Source: Selaginella moellendorffii (lineage: Eukaryota > Plantae > Lycopodiophyta). Taken from it: 64,000 bases of DNA. The notes beneath the pieces were generated by a model, which saw only the letters and a list, made by a program, of their open reading frames with translations, had not been told where the DNA came from and searched no databases. A program made the position numbers and the translations under genes. Positions 62,413 to 64,000 of this stretch are shown piece by piece (position 1 is the first letter of the stretch; each line of letters begins with the position of its first letter). Location: contig NW_003314317.1 of the NCBI RefSeq assembly GCF_000143415.4, positions 1,123,183-1,187,182 on the forward strand, in the 5' to 3' direction.

Positions 62413-64000
62413 AGAAAGTTGGATCAAGTTTTTTCTTGCCAGTTCTAATTTGTCTTTATTTGTCTTTAGTTGTGTTAGTTGTCTTTGGTTGACTTCAGTT
62501 GACTTTAGTTGTTCTTGGTTATCTTCAGTTGTCCTCAGTTGTCACTAAATTATTTAGAAAGAAGTTTATCTTAACTATTTATTTAGAAAAACTACCTCAT
62601 TATAATATAAGTTTTACTAGCATTTCTTATACTTATTTGATAGTGAGTTAACATTTATGTGTCTTTCACTTTAATTGCTAACAATTTCATAAGTACTAGG
62701 TATTCTTAGGACTATTTATGTCTTTCATAGTTGTATTAAAAATTTAGGATGTTTAAGTTTTTCTATAATAGAGGTTTTAATTCTTGAAAATAGGGAAAGT
62801 TTAATTTACATTTAAAAATTGTTATTTTTTCAGATGGATAAATAAATTATATTTAATTATAATTTTTCTATTCTTTATTTATTTTATTTTACTTTCCACT
62901 AATTTATGGCAAATTGCACATTGGTGCCCCTTTTATTTACACATATGTGGATATTTGTTATTACACACATATATAAAATATTATACACATAATCATGTTG
63001 ATTGCTATAATAAGTTATTGTATGCATTTTAATATTTGAATGGGACTACTTACTTTTTTTAAGTGATTATTTATTTCACCTGTAAAATAATTAGCAGATC
63101 TGAAATATGTATATATAAATATTAAATGGTTTGATGGGATAAAATCATATTTTAGTGGACTCAGTTGCAATTACTTATGGATGTGCCCCCATTATTACTA
63201 TTTCTCATCATATTGACTTACTTTTCAATGCACCATTATACAAAACCACCCTTCTATAGAAGATCTCTCGCTTCAATTCTAATTCATTATATGTGTGACA
63301 ATACTTTATATTTTTCTTTACCCAGTAAGTAGCTAAATTTAAATATTGTAGTACTTAAACTTTAAAGTGTATAGTGTAAAGTTTAAATAGTGAAAAGTTC
63401 TATATTTAAAATACCTATAAAATAATGCAACTTAATCCATATACAAAAAAATATTAAACAAATGATTATAATTGGCTCCTTAATTGGTGTTTCAAGTTAA
63501 AAAATGTAATTAATATAATTTTAATTTGTATGGAATTCATCAAGAAATAAATAATTTAACATTATATCAAATTTATTTATTTAAAACTGATGGTTAATAT
63601 GGATAGCAAGTTTAAGCACTTGGCTCAACTTTGAAGAGTGGTTCGTTTCTTGTTTTGAAGGGTTTATTTGACATATACCTTTCACTTTGAGCGTCTAATA
63701 AAATATATAGACTTTAAAATGTAATATATATATTCATGTTTTATAAGTATAATTAGTATAGATATATATAATGTTTATAGTAGATATACTTAATATTGTT
63801 ACAAACACTTTAATACAATCATACTGCTTGATGTATTACATTATGTTTAACTCTTTATTAACTGTATTTATCACTATAAGTCTATAGTTAAAACTCATAA
63901 TGGTTTCTGAGAACACTATATTTCATTATGAAATTTTATTTTTAATTTTAACCTTTTCTTTTGAAATGTTAAATAAGAAATCATCATGTTATAAACAGTA

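Overview
Eukaryotic (land-plant) nuclear DNA, most likely the lycophyte Selaginella moellendorffii (inferred from ~50-nt introns, intronless PLS/DYW PPR genes and miR156 variants). 1-3.3 kb is the 3' part of a disrupted multi-exon gene with a possible amino-methyltransferase-like segment and an FCP1/NIF-like HAD domain. 3.7-33.2 kb is a nested LTR-retroelement island that can be fully resolved from target-site duplications (TSDs): a decayed family-B element (4744-20289), two ORF-less LARD-like family-A elements (young 9534-16735, old 21831-32013), solo LTRs, a TRIM and several 5S-rRNA-bearing Cassandra elements. 37.4-43.3 kb holds degenerate tandem duplications carrying a tRNA-Lys(UUU) gene/pseudogene cluster, an LRR relic and an orphan DYW fragment. 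43.5-56.2 kb is a gene island: an intronless secreted bacterial-type beta-helix/pectate-lyase-like gene (horizontal-transfer candidate), three MIR156-family hairpins spread along a probable spliced minus-strand transcript, and two convergent PPR genes with a duplicated overlapping tail junction. 56.3-64 kb is AT-rich decayed repeat DNA. All calls were made by eye; no searches were run.
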